A stretch of 64,000 bases of DNA from Eledone cirrhosa (Eukaryota). The notes under the pieces were generated by a model, which made no database searches, had not been told where the DNA came from, and saw only the letters and a list, made by a program, of their open reading frames with translations. Location: contig OZ024743.1 of assembly GCA_964016885.1 (NCBI GenBank), forward strand, positions 166,532,001 through 166,596,000, read 5' to 3'. Made by a program: the position numbers and the translations under genes. This document shows positions 1 to 14,629 of this stretch, piece by piece. Every line of letters starts with the position of its first letter. The first letter of the stretch is position 1.

Positions 1-455
1 CCCGACGATCCAGTGGCCTTACCACTTTTCATTTCCTTAATTGCCTCTTTGACCCTATAGTTGTCAATCTCAATAGCTAGTCCCTCTGTTGGGTCTACCA
101 GGGGTAATTTCTCTCTGTCCCATTCGTTCTCAATATTCATCAGTCTCTCATAATGACATTTTCTGAGCATCAGTGACACTAAGTATACCCGCATCATTTC
201 GGACACATTTATCTCCAACAACATCCCGATTTACACTGACACACTGCCTTGCAATGCGGAACACCGCCCGTCTCTGATCTGCTCGTCGCAAAACATTGGT
301 AAACCTCCTACTCTTAGCTTCCTTGCGTGCTAAGTACACCTGACGTCTAGCTTCTCTTTTAGCGGATGTGTATCGGTCTCTACTCCCACCATTTTTCCAA
401 TCCTTCCATGCTAGTCTTTTGTCGCTAATGGCCCTATCTACTGTGCTGTTCCAAA
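1..455 (-). mobile_element. RTE-clade LINE fragment (region between endonuclease and RT)
   Basis: ORF 148-339 VFRIARQCVSVNRDVVGDKCVRND, homologous to the other RTE copies. Confidence 0.8.
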
Positions 456-479
456 CTTTTAAAAAACAGACAATAGCTT

Positions 480-1900
480 GATCATCTATAGATCAGATCC
501 TAACCAGAAGACGAGACAGAGTTACTGTTGTAAACAAAGTCCTTTCCCGATGAAGAATGCATCTCCCAACACAACCTAAAACTTGACGACAGATGACAAC
601 CTCAAGGAGAAGAACGGGGAAGTTGAAGGACCCCACAGCCAGTAACAAATTTAGAGCAAATAGAGATGTACAATATAGAAGAGCAGTGGGAATACCTGAA
701 AGATAATCTATTGAAGGTGACAAATGAAATCTGTGGTTGGAACAGGTTTCTAGGGAGAAGGATAGTAACTTGGTGGTGGAATAGTAGGGTAGAGGAGACA
801 ATTAAAGCCAAAAGGCAGGCATGGAGAAAATAGAGAACACTACCAGGTGACTAGGAGAAAAGTATACTTTGCAAGAAGGGAAGCAGAAGATATAAAATTT
901 AAGCATGTTCTGCAACGTGAGGACCAAAGGCATGAGGTGTTTAGGATTGCGAGACAATGTGTCAGGGAAAATTGTGATATTGTTGGGGAGAAGTGTGCCC
1001 ATATGATAATGGAGTAATTGCCCTCACTGATGTTGAAAAGAAGGTAGTATGGAAGAGCCACTATGAAAGACTACTAAATGAGGAGAATGAATGAGATGAA
1101 GATATTTTGCCACAAGTTGACCCAACAGAGGGACCAGCTGTGCAAGTTAATGGTGGTATAGTAAATAAGGCAATCAAAGATATGAAGACAGGCAAGATAG
1201 TAGCTGAGATGTTGAAAGCATCTGGAATGGTGGGACACACCATAGTCACACGTATTGTAAACCAAGTAATACAAAATGAGGTCATACCCAATGACTGGCA
1301 CAACAGCATCATTGTCAACTGCTATAAGGGTAAAGGAGATGCTCTAGACAGAAAAAATTATAGAGGCATTAAGTTGGTTGACCAGGTCATAAAGGTCACA
1401 GAAAGTTACCGCACAACTGATTAGGGATTGAATTAACCTTGATGAAATGCAGTTTGGATTTGAGCCAGGTAAAAGTACCATGGATGCTCTCTTCCTTGTG
1501 AGGCAACTGCAGAAGTACCTAGCTTTTGTTGAACTGGAGAAAGTCTTTGACAGAGTCCCTCGTTCCATTATCTACTAGGAGTAGATGAGTGGCTTATGAA
1601 AGCTATACAAGCCATGTATAGAGGAACAGCCTGCAAGGTTAGAATTAACAATGACTATAATGAAGAATTTAACATACAGGTAGGCGTTCATCAGGGCTCC
1701 GTCATTAGCCCTCTCCTGTTTATTATTGCCCTGCAAGCTATAACAGAAGAGTTTAAGACTGGCTGCTCATGGGAACTGTATGCAGATGATCTTATTCTCA
1801 TAGCTGAATCTATGGCTGAACTAGAGAAATTCCAAACCTGGGAGCATAGCCTAAAATCAAAAGGTCTTAGAGTTAATTTGTCAAAGACTAAAGTTCTAGT
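480..1900 (+). mobile_element. Degenerate RTE LINE (RT region)
   Basis: NCYKGKGDALDRKNYRGIKL, GVHQGSVISPLLF, LYADDL; stops and frameshifts; boundaries approximate. Confidence 0.88.
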
Positions 1901-2140
1901 ATCACCATCATCACCGTTTTACATCAATGTTTCCACGCTTGCATGGGTTAAACAGGTTGTCGTGTTGTGGGCAATGCCAGGTCAGGTGACCATGTCTTGC
2001 TCATACAGGACTGATTTTGGCTCGGTTTCTACAGCTGGATGCCCTTCCCAACACCAACCTCATTTACAGTGAGTACTGGGTGCTTTTTGTTGTGACACCG
2101 ACACGACCACTTTACAATGGGAGGGGCGTGGGGGCATATT
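1900..2140 (-). mobile_element. RTE-dependent SINE / bipartite non-autonomous element
   Basis: gttgg..ggaagggcatccagctgtagaaa motif and (gat)n tail, shared with copies near 32190, 34185, 38680, 42890 and 46780. Confidence 0.7.
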
Positions 2141-2239
2141 GTCTATATGCTTCAGTTTCGGGTTGCAACCGTGAGAACTTGGGTCTTCTGTATTACTGTG
2201 TATCGCCAGAGATCTTGGTCCAGTGTCATTGGGCAAGGT

Positions 2240-5060
2240 CAATTTTTATCACCTCATTCCAGGTCTTCTTGGGTCTCCCCACTCCAAGGCTTCCATCGAC
2301 CTCTAGTGCTCTGCACCTTTTTATGCAACTGTCATCCTTCATATGCATCACATGTCCATACCAACACAATCTCCACTCCTGCACACATTTGATTCCTCTT
2401 TATGTTAAGTTTCTCTCTTAATTTGTCTATGCTTTGCCATTCGCGTAGATTACTAATACAGATCCATCGGAACATGCAAGCTTCATTTCTTTCTAATCTA
2501 CGCAAGTCTTCTGCACACAATGTCCAGTCTCACTAGCATGTAATATTGCTGTTCGTATGCATGCATCATAAGGGAAAAGCCCCTTGTCGCTAACAGTGGT
2601 AGCAGCTCCCTGAACTTCTTCTACCCTGTTCTTACCTTGGTTACAATACTTTCAGAACACACCCTCCGCTGCTAATTTGGTCACTTAGATAGCAGAAGGT
2701 GTCTACCATTTCTACAGAGCCCTCCCAGAATTTAGCAGTTTTTGTTTCCTGTGGCTGCTTACTGTCCCGGTGCAACTGCTACATGTAAAGCCTACATTCT
2801 TAGCTAGACTTCCTGAGAACCCACTACATCTCTTGTGCACCCACAGTTTCCATTTGGGGCAGAGGATGGAATTTCTACCTACACCTTTACTGCATACTGA
2901 GCAAGGCCATTTCCCTGAGGGGATCTGGGTTCTGTTTTCCCACCTGCTTACGGGGGACCTTAGTCTTTGTCAGGTTGACTTTGAGACCCTTTCTTTCTAG
3001 TCCCTGCTTCCATGTTTGGAATTTCTTCTCTAGTTCCACCATAGATTCAGCTATAAATGCGAGGTCATCCGCATACAGGAGTTCTCATGGGCATCCGGTC
3101 TTAAACTCCTGTTATAGCCTGCAGTACTATAATAAACAGGAGAGGGCTAAGAACGGAGCCTGGTGGACACCAACCAGTATGCTGAATTCCTTGCTATAGC
3201 CATTGTTAACCCTAACTTTGCTGACTGCTCTCTTATACTTGCACAGCCTTCACAAGCCATTCATCTACTCCTCACCAGATTATTGCATGCGGCACTTTGT
3301 CGAAGGTTTTTTCCAGATCGACAAATGCCAGGTAAAGCAGTTTACTTTTAGCTAGGTACTTTTCCTGTAACTGCTTCACAAGATAGAAAGCATCAGTGGT
3401 GCTTTTGCCTGGCACAAACCTAGACTGCATCTAGTTTTACCCGGTCCCTAATCAGTTGAGCTATAACTCTTTATTACTTTCATGACCTGGTCCATCAGCT
3501 TTATACCTCTATTTAGTGCATCTCCTTCACCCTTGTAGCAGTTGACAATGATGCTGCTGCACCAATCCTATGGTATGACGCCCTCTAGTATTACATGGTT
3601 AACAATACGTGTGGTTATGGTGTGACCTACCAACGCAGATGCTTTCAGTATCTCAGCAGCTATACCCGATGGACCAGTTACTTACTACACTACTGCTGAC
3701 TTGTTTTGCTGGGCCCTCTATAGGGTCCACTTGCGTTACGGTCTCTTTCTCCCATGCATTCTCCTCATTCAGTAATCTTTCATAATGGTTCTTCCACGTA
3801 ACTTTCTTTTCAGCACTTGTGAGGGCAAGCTCACCTTTATTGTTCCTGACACACATCTCTCCAACGACATCACAATTTTTTCTAACACACTGCCTCGCAA
3901 TCCTGAGTACCTCCTGTTCCTGGTCCTCACACTGCAAAACATGCTTGAATTTTTTATCTTCTACTTCCTTTCTAATTAAGTATACTTGTCGCCTAGCTTC
4001 CCTCCTGGTATCTATGTAATGTACCCTATTTCCCCCGTTCTTCCATTGTTTCCACGCCTGTCTCTTAGCCTTAATTGCCTCATCTACCTTATTGTTCCAC
4101 CACCAGGTCATTCTTTTTCCCTGTGGTCTTGCTCCAACAACAAATCTCATCTGTCGCCTTTAGTAAGTTAATTTTTAGGAACTTCCAGTGCTCTTCTATA
4201 TTGAATGTTTCTATCTGTTCTTCTTTACTGTCATAAGCGTCATATCTTTAAATCTGTTACCGGCTGAGGGGCCTTTCAGCTGCCAGATCTTTCTTCAAGT
4301 TCCTCTCGTTCTGACAATGAAGTTATGTTGGGAAGTACATTCCTCACCAAGGAAGGCTTTTGTGTTTACAACCGTACATCTATCTTGTCCTCTGATAAGG
4401 AAAAATATATCTGACTAGAATGCTCCCCTGATCTATAGGTGATCAGATGGTTGTCGGGTTTTTTGAAGTTTGTGTTACATATCGACATGTCATTGGCATC
4501 ACAGAATTCTATAAGCCCGAAGCCTTCTTCATTTCTTGTGCCAAACCTCCATAGACTCTATAGAAGCCGTCACGGTGTTTCCCAACGTGTCCATTAAAGT
4601 CTCCTGCAATGATTAGAAAGTCATTGTCATTTGTTAGGGCAGTAGTGTGCAGTAAAGATTCATAAAACCTATCCTTAAGTTTGTCTGGCAACCCAGATTG
4701 GGGTGTGTAAGCTGATATAATTGTAGCAATTGTTTTATTTAGGACTAGTCTGAGATTACCTTATCTACCCATTTGTCAGCTAATAGTATACCTACACCAC
4801 CCAAACTGTTGTCATTTCCCACCCAGAATTTTTGCCTACAAGAACTCTAGCAGACTCTCCTCTCCACTTAGTCACTTGCACGCAGCATACATCAATTTCC
4901 TTTCCCTCTAACATCTCTACGATTTCTCCTGCTCTGCCTTTCATCGTGCTTATGTTGATGGTGCCAACTCGGAGTTTTGGGCATTTGCTGTCACTTGTGG
5001 GAAAGGTTGAATTTGTGTGTATGCTTTCTGTCTCTGAATTAAATAGTCGCATATTCCATC
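2240..5060 (-). mobile_element. Near full-length degenerate RTE LINE (APE + RT + PHD-like finger)
   Basis: LRVGTINISTMKGR..DVCCVQ and IIAGDFNGHVG (APE), RT motifs, RRLERNEACMFRW C-terminus. Confidence 0.88.
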
Positions 5061-6129
5061 ATCCTCAGCTCATTCATAGATAACGATAAACAGAAATTTC
5101 TTTGGGGCAGGGATAGAAAAGGAAGTAGTAGTAATAGTAGAATTTGTTGCCGCAGGAAATGGGTGGGGATATGTTGCTGTGGTTTGATTGGTCGAAAAGC
5201 CTATAGTGGTTTGGGAGTGGGCAGGAGGCTAATGGTAGGTAGCCATCATGGCGTATATTGTCATTGAAGATTTGGGGGGAAATAAGCAGATACAAGTAGG
5301 CACATTCAACAAGGTGAGTGTGCAGGAATTTCAAAGATGGTCACCGACTAAATGATAGATTGATTGGAATGATTTCAAAGATAGTTGGAGAGAGAGAAAG
5401 AGAGAGAGAGAGAGGGGGGGGGGGGGATATCCAACATGGTTGATTTCGTAAATAGATAAATATAAGTTGGGGAAAATAAAACGAATAACAGTAATAATGT
5501 ATACAGTACATTTTCAAATTGGGAAGAAGAAATACCTGTAAAACAAGAAATTTATGGCTAGCTGGGATGATTTGGGAATTTTTCTACAAATCCATAGAGG
5601 TAAAAAAATCTGAATATATTTGCAACACTGAAATGAATGAATGAGGAATGCATAGGTTTTGGGAGGCTTTGAAGTATGTAAAGAGAGTAGAAAGGAAAAT
5701 AGGGCCCAGATTCCCTCTGGGAAATGCCCATGCTCAGTGTGTAGGAAAAGAGTAGGTAGAAATTCTATTCATGTCCTTTTATGGTTACATAAAAGATGTA
5801 GTGGGATCACAGGCAGACTATCAGAGGACATTAGATCCTTCAAATGCCTAAACGTTTCTATAGAAATAGTCAACACTCTTCGTTACCTATAATTTCCTTG
5901 AGTTGGTGTCTGAATGATACTGACTTAATTAAATTATTGAGTGAGTGCAAAAGCGACTGAAGTTGTATTGGTCCTATTCGATAGCTTCATATATATATCA
6001 TCATCATCATCACCACTTAACATCCATTTTTCCATGCTAGTATGTGTATGTGAGGGACAGAGTGTTAGGACATGGGTAGGGTGTTAGGGCGTGGAGGTGA
6101 TGCATACTAAGTGTATGTTTCAGCCTGTG

Positions 6130-8040
6130 TTCATGGGAAGGCAGGTCTTCTGTATAAGAGATCTTTGAGAGGTGCAAGTTCAGCTTTTATTACCTCATGC
6201 CAAGTCTTCTTACTCTATAGATTCCATCAACTTTGAACACCCTGCACTTTTTTATACAGCCATCACCCTTCATATGGATCACATGTCCATACCAATGCAA
6301 TCTCCTCTCCTACAAACTGTATCTAATTCCTCTTATACCAAGTTTCTCTCTCAGTTCATTAATGCTTTGCCTTTCATATATATTACTATTACACATCCAC
6401 TGAAGCATGCGTCATTTCTTTCCAATCTTCGCAGGTCCACTGCACACAGCGCCCAGGCCTCACTATTTTGCAACGTTGCTGTTCATATACACGCATCATA
6501 TACACAATCTGCCCTTCATAGCTTGTAGTGGTAGTAGCTCCCTGAACTTCTTCCATCCCGTTTTCACTATGGCTACTGTACTTTCAGAACACCCATCTTC
6601 ATTGCTTATTTGGTCACGCAGGTAGTAGAAGCAGAATTTCCTAGAATTTGATAGCACTTGTTTCCTGTGGGCATTTGCTGCTTTCTGCTCTTTTGCAAAG
6701 GCCACATGTAAAACCTACTTTCTTAGATAAACTACCTGAGATCCTACATCTCTTGTGTACCCATAGTCTGCATTTGAAACAGAGAATGGAATTTCTACGC
6801 CTTTCCTACACACTAAGCAAGGCCATTTCCCCGAGGGGATGTAGGCCCTGACTTTGAGATCTTTTATTTCTAGGCCATGCTTCCAGGTTGAGAATTTCTT
6901 CTCTAATTCTGCCATAGATTCAGCTATAAGTATGAGATCATCTGCATGGGCAGTCAGTCTTAGACTCCTCTGCAGGACGATAATAAACAGGAGAAGGCTA
7001 AGAACAGAGCCCTGCACGTTTAGTCATTGTTAATCCTAACTGTGCTGACTACTTCTCTATACATGGCTTGTACAGCCTTCACAAGCCACTCATCTACTCC
7101 TGGTTTTCTAAGAGCCTACCAGATTATGGCAAGTGGGACTGTCAAAAGTTTTTTCCAGATCAACAAATGCCAGGTAGAGCTGCTTACTTTTAGCTAGGTA
7201 CTTCTTCTGTAGCTGCTTCACAAGGATGAGAGCATCTGTGGTACTTTTACTTGGCACAAATCCTAACTACATCTCATCTAAGTTAACCTGGTCTCTAATC
7301 AGCTGTGCTATAACTCTTTCTGTTACTTTCATAACCTAATCCATCAACTTGATGCCTCTATAGTTTTCTCAATCTAGAGCACCTACTCTACCCTTGTAGC
7401 AGTTGACAATAATGCTGCTGCATCAATCTTTCGGTATGACATTTAGTATTACTTGGTTTACAAGATGAGAGGTTAAGGTGTGAACTACCAACCCAGATGC
7501 TTTCAGCATCTCGGCAACTATCCCTGATAGACCAGCTGCTTTTGCCCGTCTTCATATTTTTAATTGCCTTACTTACTACACTGTTGTTGACTTATATGGC
7601 TGCGCCCTATGTTGGGTCTACTGGAGGTAGTATCTTTCTCCCATGCTACTTTCTTTTCAGAATCTGTGAGGGAAAGTGCTCCTTTATCATCAGACACACT
7701 TCTCTCCAATGACATCAAAATGTTCCCTAACACTGCCTCGCAATCCTGAACACCTTATGCCTCTGGTCTTCATGCTGCAAAACATGATTACATTTTTTAT
7801 CTCCTGGTCTCTATGTAATGTACCCTGCTTCCCCTGTTCTTCCATTTTTTCCATGCTTGTCTCTTGGCCTTAATTGTCTCATCTACCCTACCGTTCTACC
7901 AAGTCGCTCTTCTTCTCTCTGTAGCCCTGCTCCATCCACAGATCTCGTCTGTCACCTTCAGCAGATTATCTTTCAGGAACTCCCAGTGCTCTCCTATTTT
8001 GAATGTCTCTATTTGCTTTTCCTTACTGTTATAAACATCA
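6130..8040 (-). mobile_element. Degenerate RTE LINE
   Basis: QGSVLSLLLFIIVLQ, ADDLILIAES, PSGKWPC, KTGWKKFRELLPL. Confidence 0.85.
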
Positions 8041-8588
8041 AGTAAAATACAAACACACACTATATATATATATTGGAATTTCGTATTTCAGAAGAAATAC
8101 GGTATGTTTAAAATATACATTTGGAGAGCCGTAGCTATGCCATAACACTAGCGACTAATGCCATCTGCCGGTGTCCAGCAGAAGCAAGGGGGACAATTGT
8201 GGACACGCATTTTGAACTGAACTGGTTCTCATCAGCATGATCCCTCCCACTCTTGCAGCTGCTGGACTTTGAATACAGGTGAGAATATATGGTTTTCTCG
8301 TCTGTGAAAATGAGGTGATTAATCTCATTGGCTTATGAAGCTGTATACAGAAATACGGTATGTTTAAAATAAACATTTGGAAAGCCATAACTATGTCAAA
8401 ACACCAAGTTGGCTTAACTTATAATAGAATAGACAGCATTAGTCTTCTGAAATACGAAATTCCAATACATATCTGTATACAACTATGCCTGAAGCTAAAT
8501 TGTAATTTTCTCTCTATTTATATATTTGAAAAAGGAGTAAGGTTCTATACAAAACAGAGGTTATAGAGAAGAAGTGGAATTGAAACTG

Positions 8589-11500
8589 GCACGAAAAGTA
8601 TATTTTTAAAGTATCTGCTTTTCTTTTTTTCTTCTTTGATTTGTCAAAGTGACATTATTGAAAAAATGAGAGGAACAATTTAAAAAAAGAGGAGTTTTAT
8701 AATGTATATAAATATAACCAGTTTCAATGTATCAGTGTAATCCATCTTATCAAATGTTGAATATTACAATTAAAAAGAATTAAAAATTAAAGATTTAAAA
8801 TTAAGTGTTGAAGCAGGTTTGTTCATCTTTCTTGTTGAGAAGAAGACTGGATCTAAAATGGAATCTTATATGTATAGAGAGAGGTAGTAGTAGTAGTAGA
8901 AGCAGTGGTGGTAGTTGTGTCTTTTCACAGAACAAAATTATTTTTAGGGAGAGAAAAATTTTCTGTATATATGTGTATCTCAATTGTGTTAAAGGACTGG
9001 TCAAGAGTTTAGATGGAGGTGGCGAAGAGGGGAAATGTAAGCTAGAGAAAATTCTATGGATGAGAGAGGTAAATGGGATTGGCAAAAGTAAGGTTAAAAA
9101 GAAATTCTATTTTTGGAATATGGTTTTAGAGAGTATGAGTGTGTATATATAAATACATAAGTGTGTGCGTGCGTGTCTTATTGTAAGTGTGATGGGATCA
9201 AAACTTGGTCAGAGAAATATTTTTTGGGAAAAGAAAGAAGTTTTTTTAGGGATATTGTATACTAGCTGAGGTACCCGGTAATACCCGGGAAAGAGGGTAT
9301 TCTCAGTTCCCATTAAAATGCCCAATGCCTCTCAGACGAAAAATAAATGTTACAGCAAGCAGAGAATATTAAGTAGATTTATAGAGAACATTTTAAGCCC
9401 ACAACAGCTGAAGCCAAATTTTGCTCATCAGTTAATCAAAAATCAGCTTATGCTTTGCTCGAGTGGTCTGGATAATTTTCTTTATCCAAAAAGCCATCTT
9501 AGCACATAATCTATCTGTGTTTCAAGTTTGAAGGAAATCGGATGAGAGCTTTAAAAGTTATCGCAGAAAATAACATTCATATGAGTAAATTTCCTATTCA
9601 TTTTTTGAAAAATCGATGCATACTGGAAATTATCAATTTTTTAACTTCAAAGTACATAAGAAATCAAATGGGCATGAGCCCCACACATGTGTCAAGTTTC
9701 ATCAAGATCGGTTTGGTAGTTTGAGTTTTAGGTTCACAAACAAACACACACGCAAAAGACAGAAAATGCCATTTAGGTATATAGATAAGGGGTTTAACCC
9801 CCATTAGGGTATCTTAATATTATTGAAATGTGCTGAAACTTTGTGAATAGGCATCATATCTTGCCATTTACCTATGGTTTAAATTTCATATAAATCGAAG
9901 GGAAAACATTTTCAGCAGGGGTTTGAGCCGCCGGGGAACCCTTTGATTAAAATGAAATATACGTAAGAAATCAAATGGGCATGAGCCCCACACACATCAA
10001 GTTTCACCAAGGTCGGTTTGGTAGTTTTTGAGTTTTAGGTTCACAAACAGAAATTGCCATTTATGTATACACACACACACATATATACATATATATATTT
10101 GTTTGTTAGTCACAGGTCTTTTTGTGGTGGGCAGAGGGGTTATTTTTGGAAAATATGTGTATGAATAATTTCTTTTTTAATTTTATTTCATGATGTGTGT
10201 CAAAGAGAGAGGGAAAGCATATGTGTATACACACACCTGTATGTTTGCAAATGTATCGATCTGTCTGTATATGCATATGTGCTTAGTCAATGGGTCCTGA
10301 TGAATAATTTAATGGGGGTGATTACATATTTAATTTTGGTTTAAATCTGTTAAGAAATAGTTTTTCTTTATTTAGTCTTTGTTGTTGTGTGAAAGAATCT
10401 GAGCACTTATAAAATTTAATTAAATTCTGGAAACAGGACTTCGAAATCGAACCTCACAAAACACAAATGGAAAGAATTATTCACATTCCGAGATAACACT
10501 GAAATAACCATCAAAGTGGCCGATAAAGGGAATACTTTAGTCATCATGAATACTGACTACTATAGAGACCTGGCACTGAAAATCTTAAACAAATACTACG
10601 AAAAAAACCCAGAAAACTACAAACAAACTAAAACAATGGGGAATCTCCTCGCATTACAAAAAAATATTGCAATAGCCTGACTAACCACAAAAGAATTTGA
10701 ATACTTAAGCCATTTCAAATGTAAAACAAGTACTTTTTACAGCTTACCGAAGATCCACAAATGTAAACTCATAAAAGATGCCTGTGACACTTCGACTATC
10801 AAATACACACAATTAACACCACTGGAAGACTTAAAACTCAGACCAATTATAGCAGACCCTGCATGTGAAACCCACAGACTTAGCAACTTCCTGGACATCC
10901 TACTAAAGCCCCTCCTAAAACATATACAGAGTTACATACGGGATGATCTTGATATGCTGAACCACCTACCTAAAACAGTAAGTGAAGACATATTTCTTGT
11001 CTCCTTTGACAGAGGAAACCTTTACACTAACATACCTGACAACTATGGAATAACGACAATCTGGTACTAGCTAGACACACACCAATTTGAAATACCAATA
11101 CGCATCAACAAAAACTTTTTTATTGACAGACTCCGATTTATCTTACAGAATAATTATTTTACTTCCAATACTTCAACATACCGGCAAATCCCAGGTAGTG
11201 CAATGGGCACGAAGGTAGCCTCCACATATGCCAACTCAGTCATGGGATATCATGAACAAATCTACAACCAATCCCTTCTATTGTTCAGAGATACCTAGAC
11301 GATTGCTTTATACTATGACAGAAAGACATGAATACACTCACTGATTTCAAAAATATGATAAACAACATAAACAATAACATACAATTCACAATGGAATCCA
11401 ACTCCAAGGAATTAGCCTTCTTGTATATCCTTTTAAAAACAGATGGGAAAATAGAAAAAGACATTTTTTTTATAAACCCACGGACTCCAAACTGTATCTC

Positions 11501-12280
11501 CTTTTCACATCAAGTCGCCCTAAACATACAAAACTTAACATTCCTTTTAACTTAGCCAAACGTATATGCACTATAGTATCAGACCCAACTAAATGAACTA
11601 AAAAACACACTTACCTTAAGAGCCTTCCCACTTGACATAATTAATAACGGAATAGACAGAGCAAAACACGCAAATTTTCATCAACTTAACAATCCAAAGC
11701 ACAGAACCACGAACAATACCTTACCATATATATCCACCTTCAACCTCAGAAACACCGAAATGTTCGACCACCTACAGAAAAACCTCCCCATTCTATTTAA
11801 TGTGGTGGTTGTCGACATAACTACATAGGACAGACGGGTGTGTCATTACGCAAAAGAATGACCACCCATCGCCAACAAGTACGAGGGGTAAACACAAGAA
11901 AAATCCCCTTAAGATTGTGCAGGAATGACCCTTCTCAACTTTAAAATCTTCCCCCTTTATAAGTGCTCAGATTCTTTCACACAACAACATTGAATAAATA
12001 AATAAAATCTATTTCTTGACAGATTTAAACCAAAATTAAATATGTAATCACCCCCATTAGATTATTTATAAGGACCCATTGACTAAGCACATACACATAT
12101 ACAGACAGGTCGATACATTTGCACAAATACAGGCATGTGTGTATATATACATATGCACTCTCTCTCTCACATGCACACTCACCACAAAATAAAAAAAATT
12201 ATTCATACACATATTTTCCAAAAATAATCCCTCTACCCACCACAAAAAGACCTGTGACTAACTAACAAATATATACATAC

Positions 12281-12313
<33 letters not shown>

Positions 12314-12959
12314 CAATATCCCTAAAAAACCTTTTTTCTTTCCTTCCACAAAAAATATTTCTCTGACCAAGACACGCACACACTTATGTATTTATATATA
12401 CACACTCATACTCTCTAAAACCATATTCCAAAAATAGAATTTCTTTTTAACCTTACTTTTGCCAATCCCATTTACCTCTCTCATCCATAGAATTTGTCTC
12501 TAGCTTACATTTCCCCTCTTCGCCACCTCCATCTGAACTCTTGACCAGTCCTTTAACACAATTGAGATACACACACATATACACAGAAAATTTTTCTCTC
12601 CCTAAAAATAATTTTGTTCTGTGAAAAGACAACTACCACCACTGCTTCTTCTACTACTACTACTACTACTACTACTACCTCTCTCTATACATATAAGATT
12701 CCATTTTAGATCCAGTCTTCTTCTCAACAAGAAAGATGAACAAACCTGCTTCAACACTTAATTTTTAATTCTTTTTAATTGTAATATTCCATTTGGATAG
12801 ATAGATTACACTGATACATCGAAGCCGGTTATATTTTATATACATTATAAAACTCCTTTTTTTTAAAAATGGTTCCTCTCATTTTTTCAATAATGTCACT
12901 TTGATGAATCCAAAGAAGAAAAAAGAAAAACAGATCCTTTAAAAATATACTTTTCGTGC
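8589..12959 (+). mobile_element. Penelope-like element: decayed RT + GIY-YIG (about 10410-12045), 3' pseudo-LTR (about 11958-12959) and inverted 5' copy (about 8589-10410)
   Basis: ADKGNTLVIM, LPKIHK, LRPII, GSAMGT, YLDD, IQFTME, CGGCRHNYIGQTG..LRKRMTTHR, FKPKLN*; about 1-kb inverted repeat. Confidence 0.88.
9260..10070 (+). mobile_element. Non-autonomous Helitron-like (Lep1/DINE-like) insertion splitting the inverted pLTR
   Basis: Begins actagctg..acccgg-taat-acccggg; aagtttcatcaagatcggtt..acaaac block duplicated (about 9655-9790 and 9960-10070); absent from the other pLTR arm. Confidence 0.65.
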
Positions 12960-13204
12960 TACCCCCCCCCCCCCCCCCCCCATATATATGTATGTATGTA
13001 TAGTTTGGAATATCAAAAACCAAAAAGGTGAAAAACGCAGGAGTAAATGTTACAAATATTATTAGTTTCACGTTTGGTGAGAATGGAGGGATATATATAT
13101 ATATATAAATTCCGCCTGCAGGAAGTGAAACAATCATCTCATTTTTAATTAAACACTATTTAATCCATTAACTATTATTGTTATAAAAGAATTCATGCAC
13201 TCAC

Positions 13205-13248
13205 CTTGGTGTTTCATCATCATCTGCACTCTCAGAAGCATCTGTTTT
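13205..13248 (-). CDS. CANX: Calnexin tail exon: KTDASESADDDETP(R/S); the following last exon was not found in the window
   Basis: cacag/gtgagt; 44 nt, acidic, in phase with previous exon. Confidence 0.82.
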
Positions 13249-14144
13249 CTGTGAAGGTATATTATAAATATTACTTGTCATTCACTTCAATATCAACATG
13301 TACATCAACTATTTCAATAATACAATGACTGAATAGAGAGCCACCATCTAGTTACCCCATCAGTACATCTTTCTTTAGAAATAACTCAATGCATGCCAGA
13401 CTACACTGGTCTTACTACACCAATACAGCTTTCTTTAGCAATAACCTAACATATATAGTACTATATTGGCCTTACTACATCAATACATCTTCCTTTAATT
13501 AAGTTTATAGCTAGGGTAACATCATGACATGATTTACTTTACAAAGTAAATCTATATACCTACAAAATTGTCATCTGTGTGTATCATGTATTCATGTATG
13601 GTGATGGTAAGGTGAGATGGTGGTGTGATAGTAAGATAGAATGGTGGTGTGATCGTGAGATAGAATAGTGGTGTGATGGTGGGATAGAATGGTGGCGTGA
13701 TGGTGAGATAGGATGGTGGTGTGATAGGATGGTAGTGTGATAGTAGGATACAATTATATCATGAAAAGTAATATATTGTAAAGTATCTTGTTCAAGAACA
13801 ACACACACTCCTTGGTCTAGAAATTGGACTCCTGACTTTATAACTGTACATTCACAATCATAAAGTCATGAGTTCAATTTCTAGACGACCAGACAGCATG
13901 TGTTGTTCTTGAACAAGATGCTTCACATTATATTGCTTTTTACTGATATGACTGGGGACCTTATCATTAAAACTGAGAAACCTATGAGATGCAACCTGCA
14001 AATATGTGAGCTGTAAATTTCTTTGTTAGTTATAAAGGCTCAATAGATCAAGTAATATTTTTAGGGGCCAGTGTTGTGGAATGTACCAGAAAAAGTTAAC
14101 TAAATATGAAATGAGACAATTGTCTAATAATATTTTCAACTTAC

Positions 14145-14393
14145 TTTTTCAACTTCAAGATTCCCCTTTAAAGGTTTTTTAGGTTTATCATCAGCTGGTT
14201 CTACTTTCTCTTCAGAACCTGAAACATTACTTCCTTCCTCTTCTTCTCCTTCTGCCTCCTCATCACCATCATCAGATTTCCTATCAGAATCTTCTTTCTT
14301 CTTGTCAGAATCATCTTTTGTTTTATCTAAGTCACCCTTAACCTTGTCATCAGGTGATACTGCATCCGTTTTCTTCCTCTCTGCAGTTTCATC
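14145..14393 (-). CDS. CANX: Calnexin acidic cytosolic tail exon: DETAERKKTDAVSPDDK...GNLEVEK
   Basis: aag acceptor, gtaagt donor; 249 nt open; KKTDA motif, D/E/K-rich. Confidence 0.92.
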
Positions 14394-14629
14394 CTTGTAT
14401 CAATGTGAGGAAAAATATTAGAAATAATTTTTCACCAAATTTCATATAAATAAACTATTATCATTACAATAAAAGGCATGATCATGTGACAACTACTTTC
14501 AGATAGATTTGTTAGGGAAGTGGTAATTTGAGCAAATATGACCTTTGATATCTTGTCAACACAGAGAGGCAGAGAGGAAGATGTATCCACCTTCCAATGT
14601 GTCAGTAGCTATTTACCTATCTATCTATG

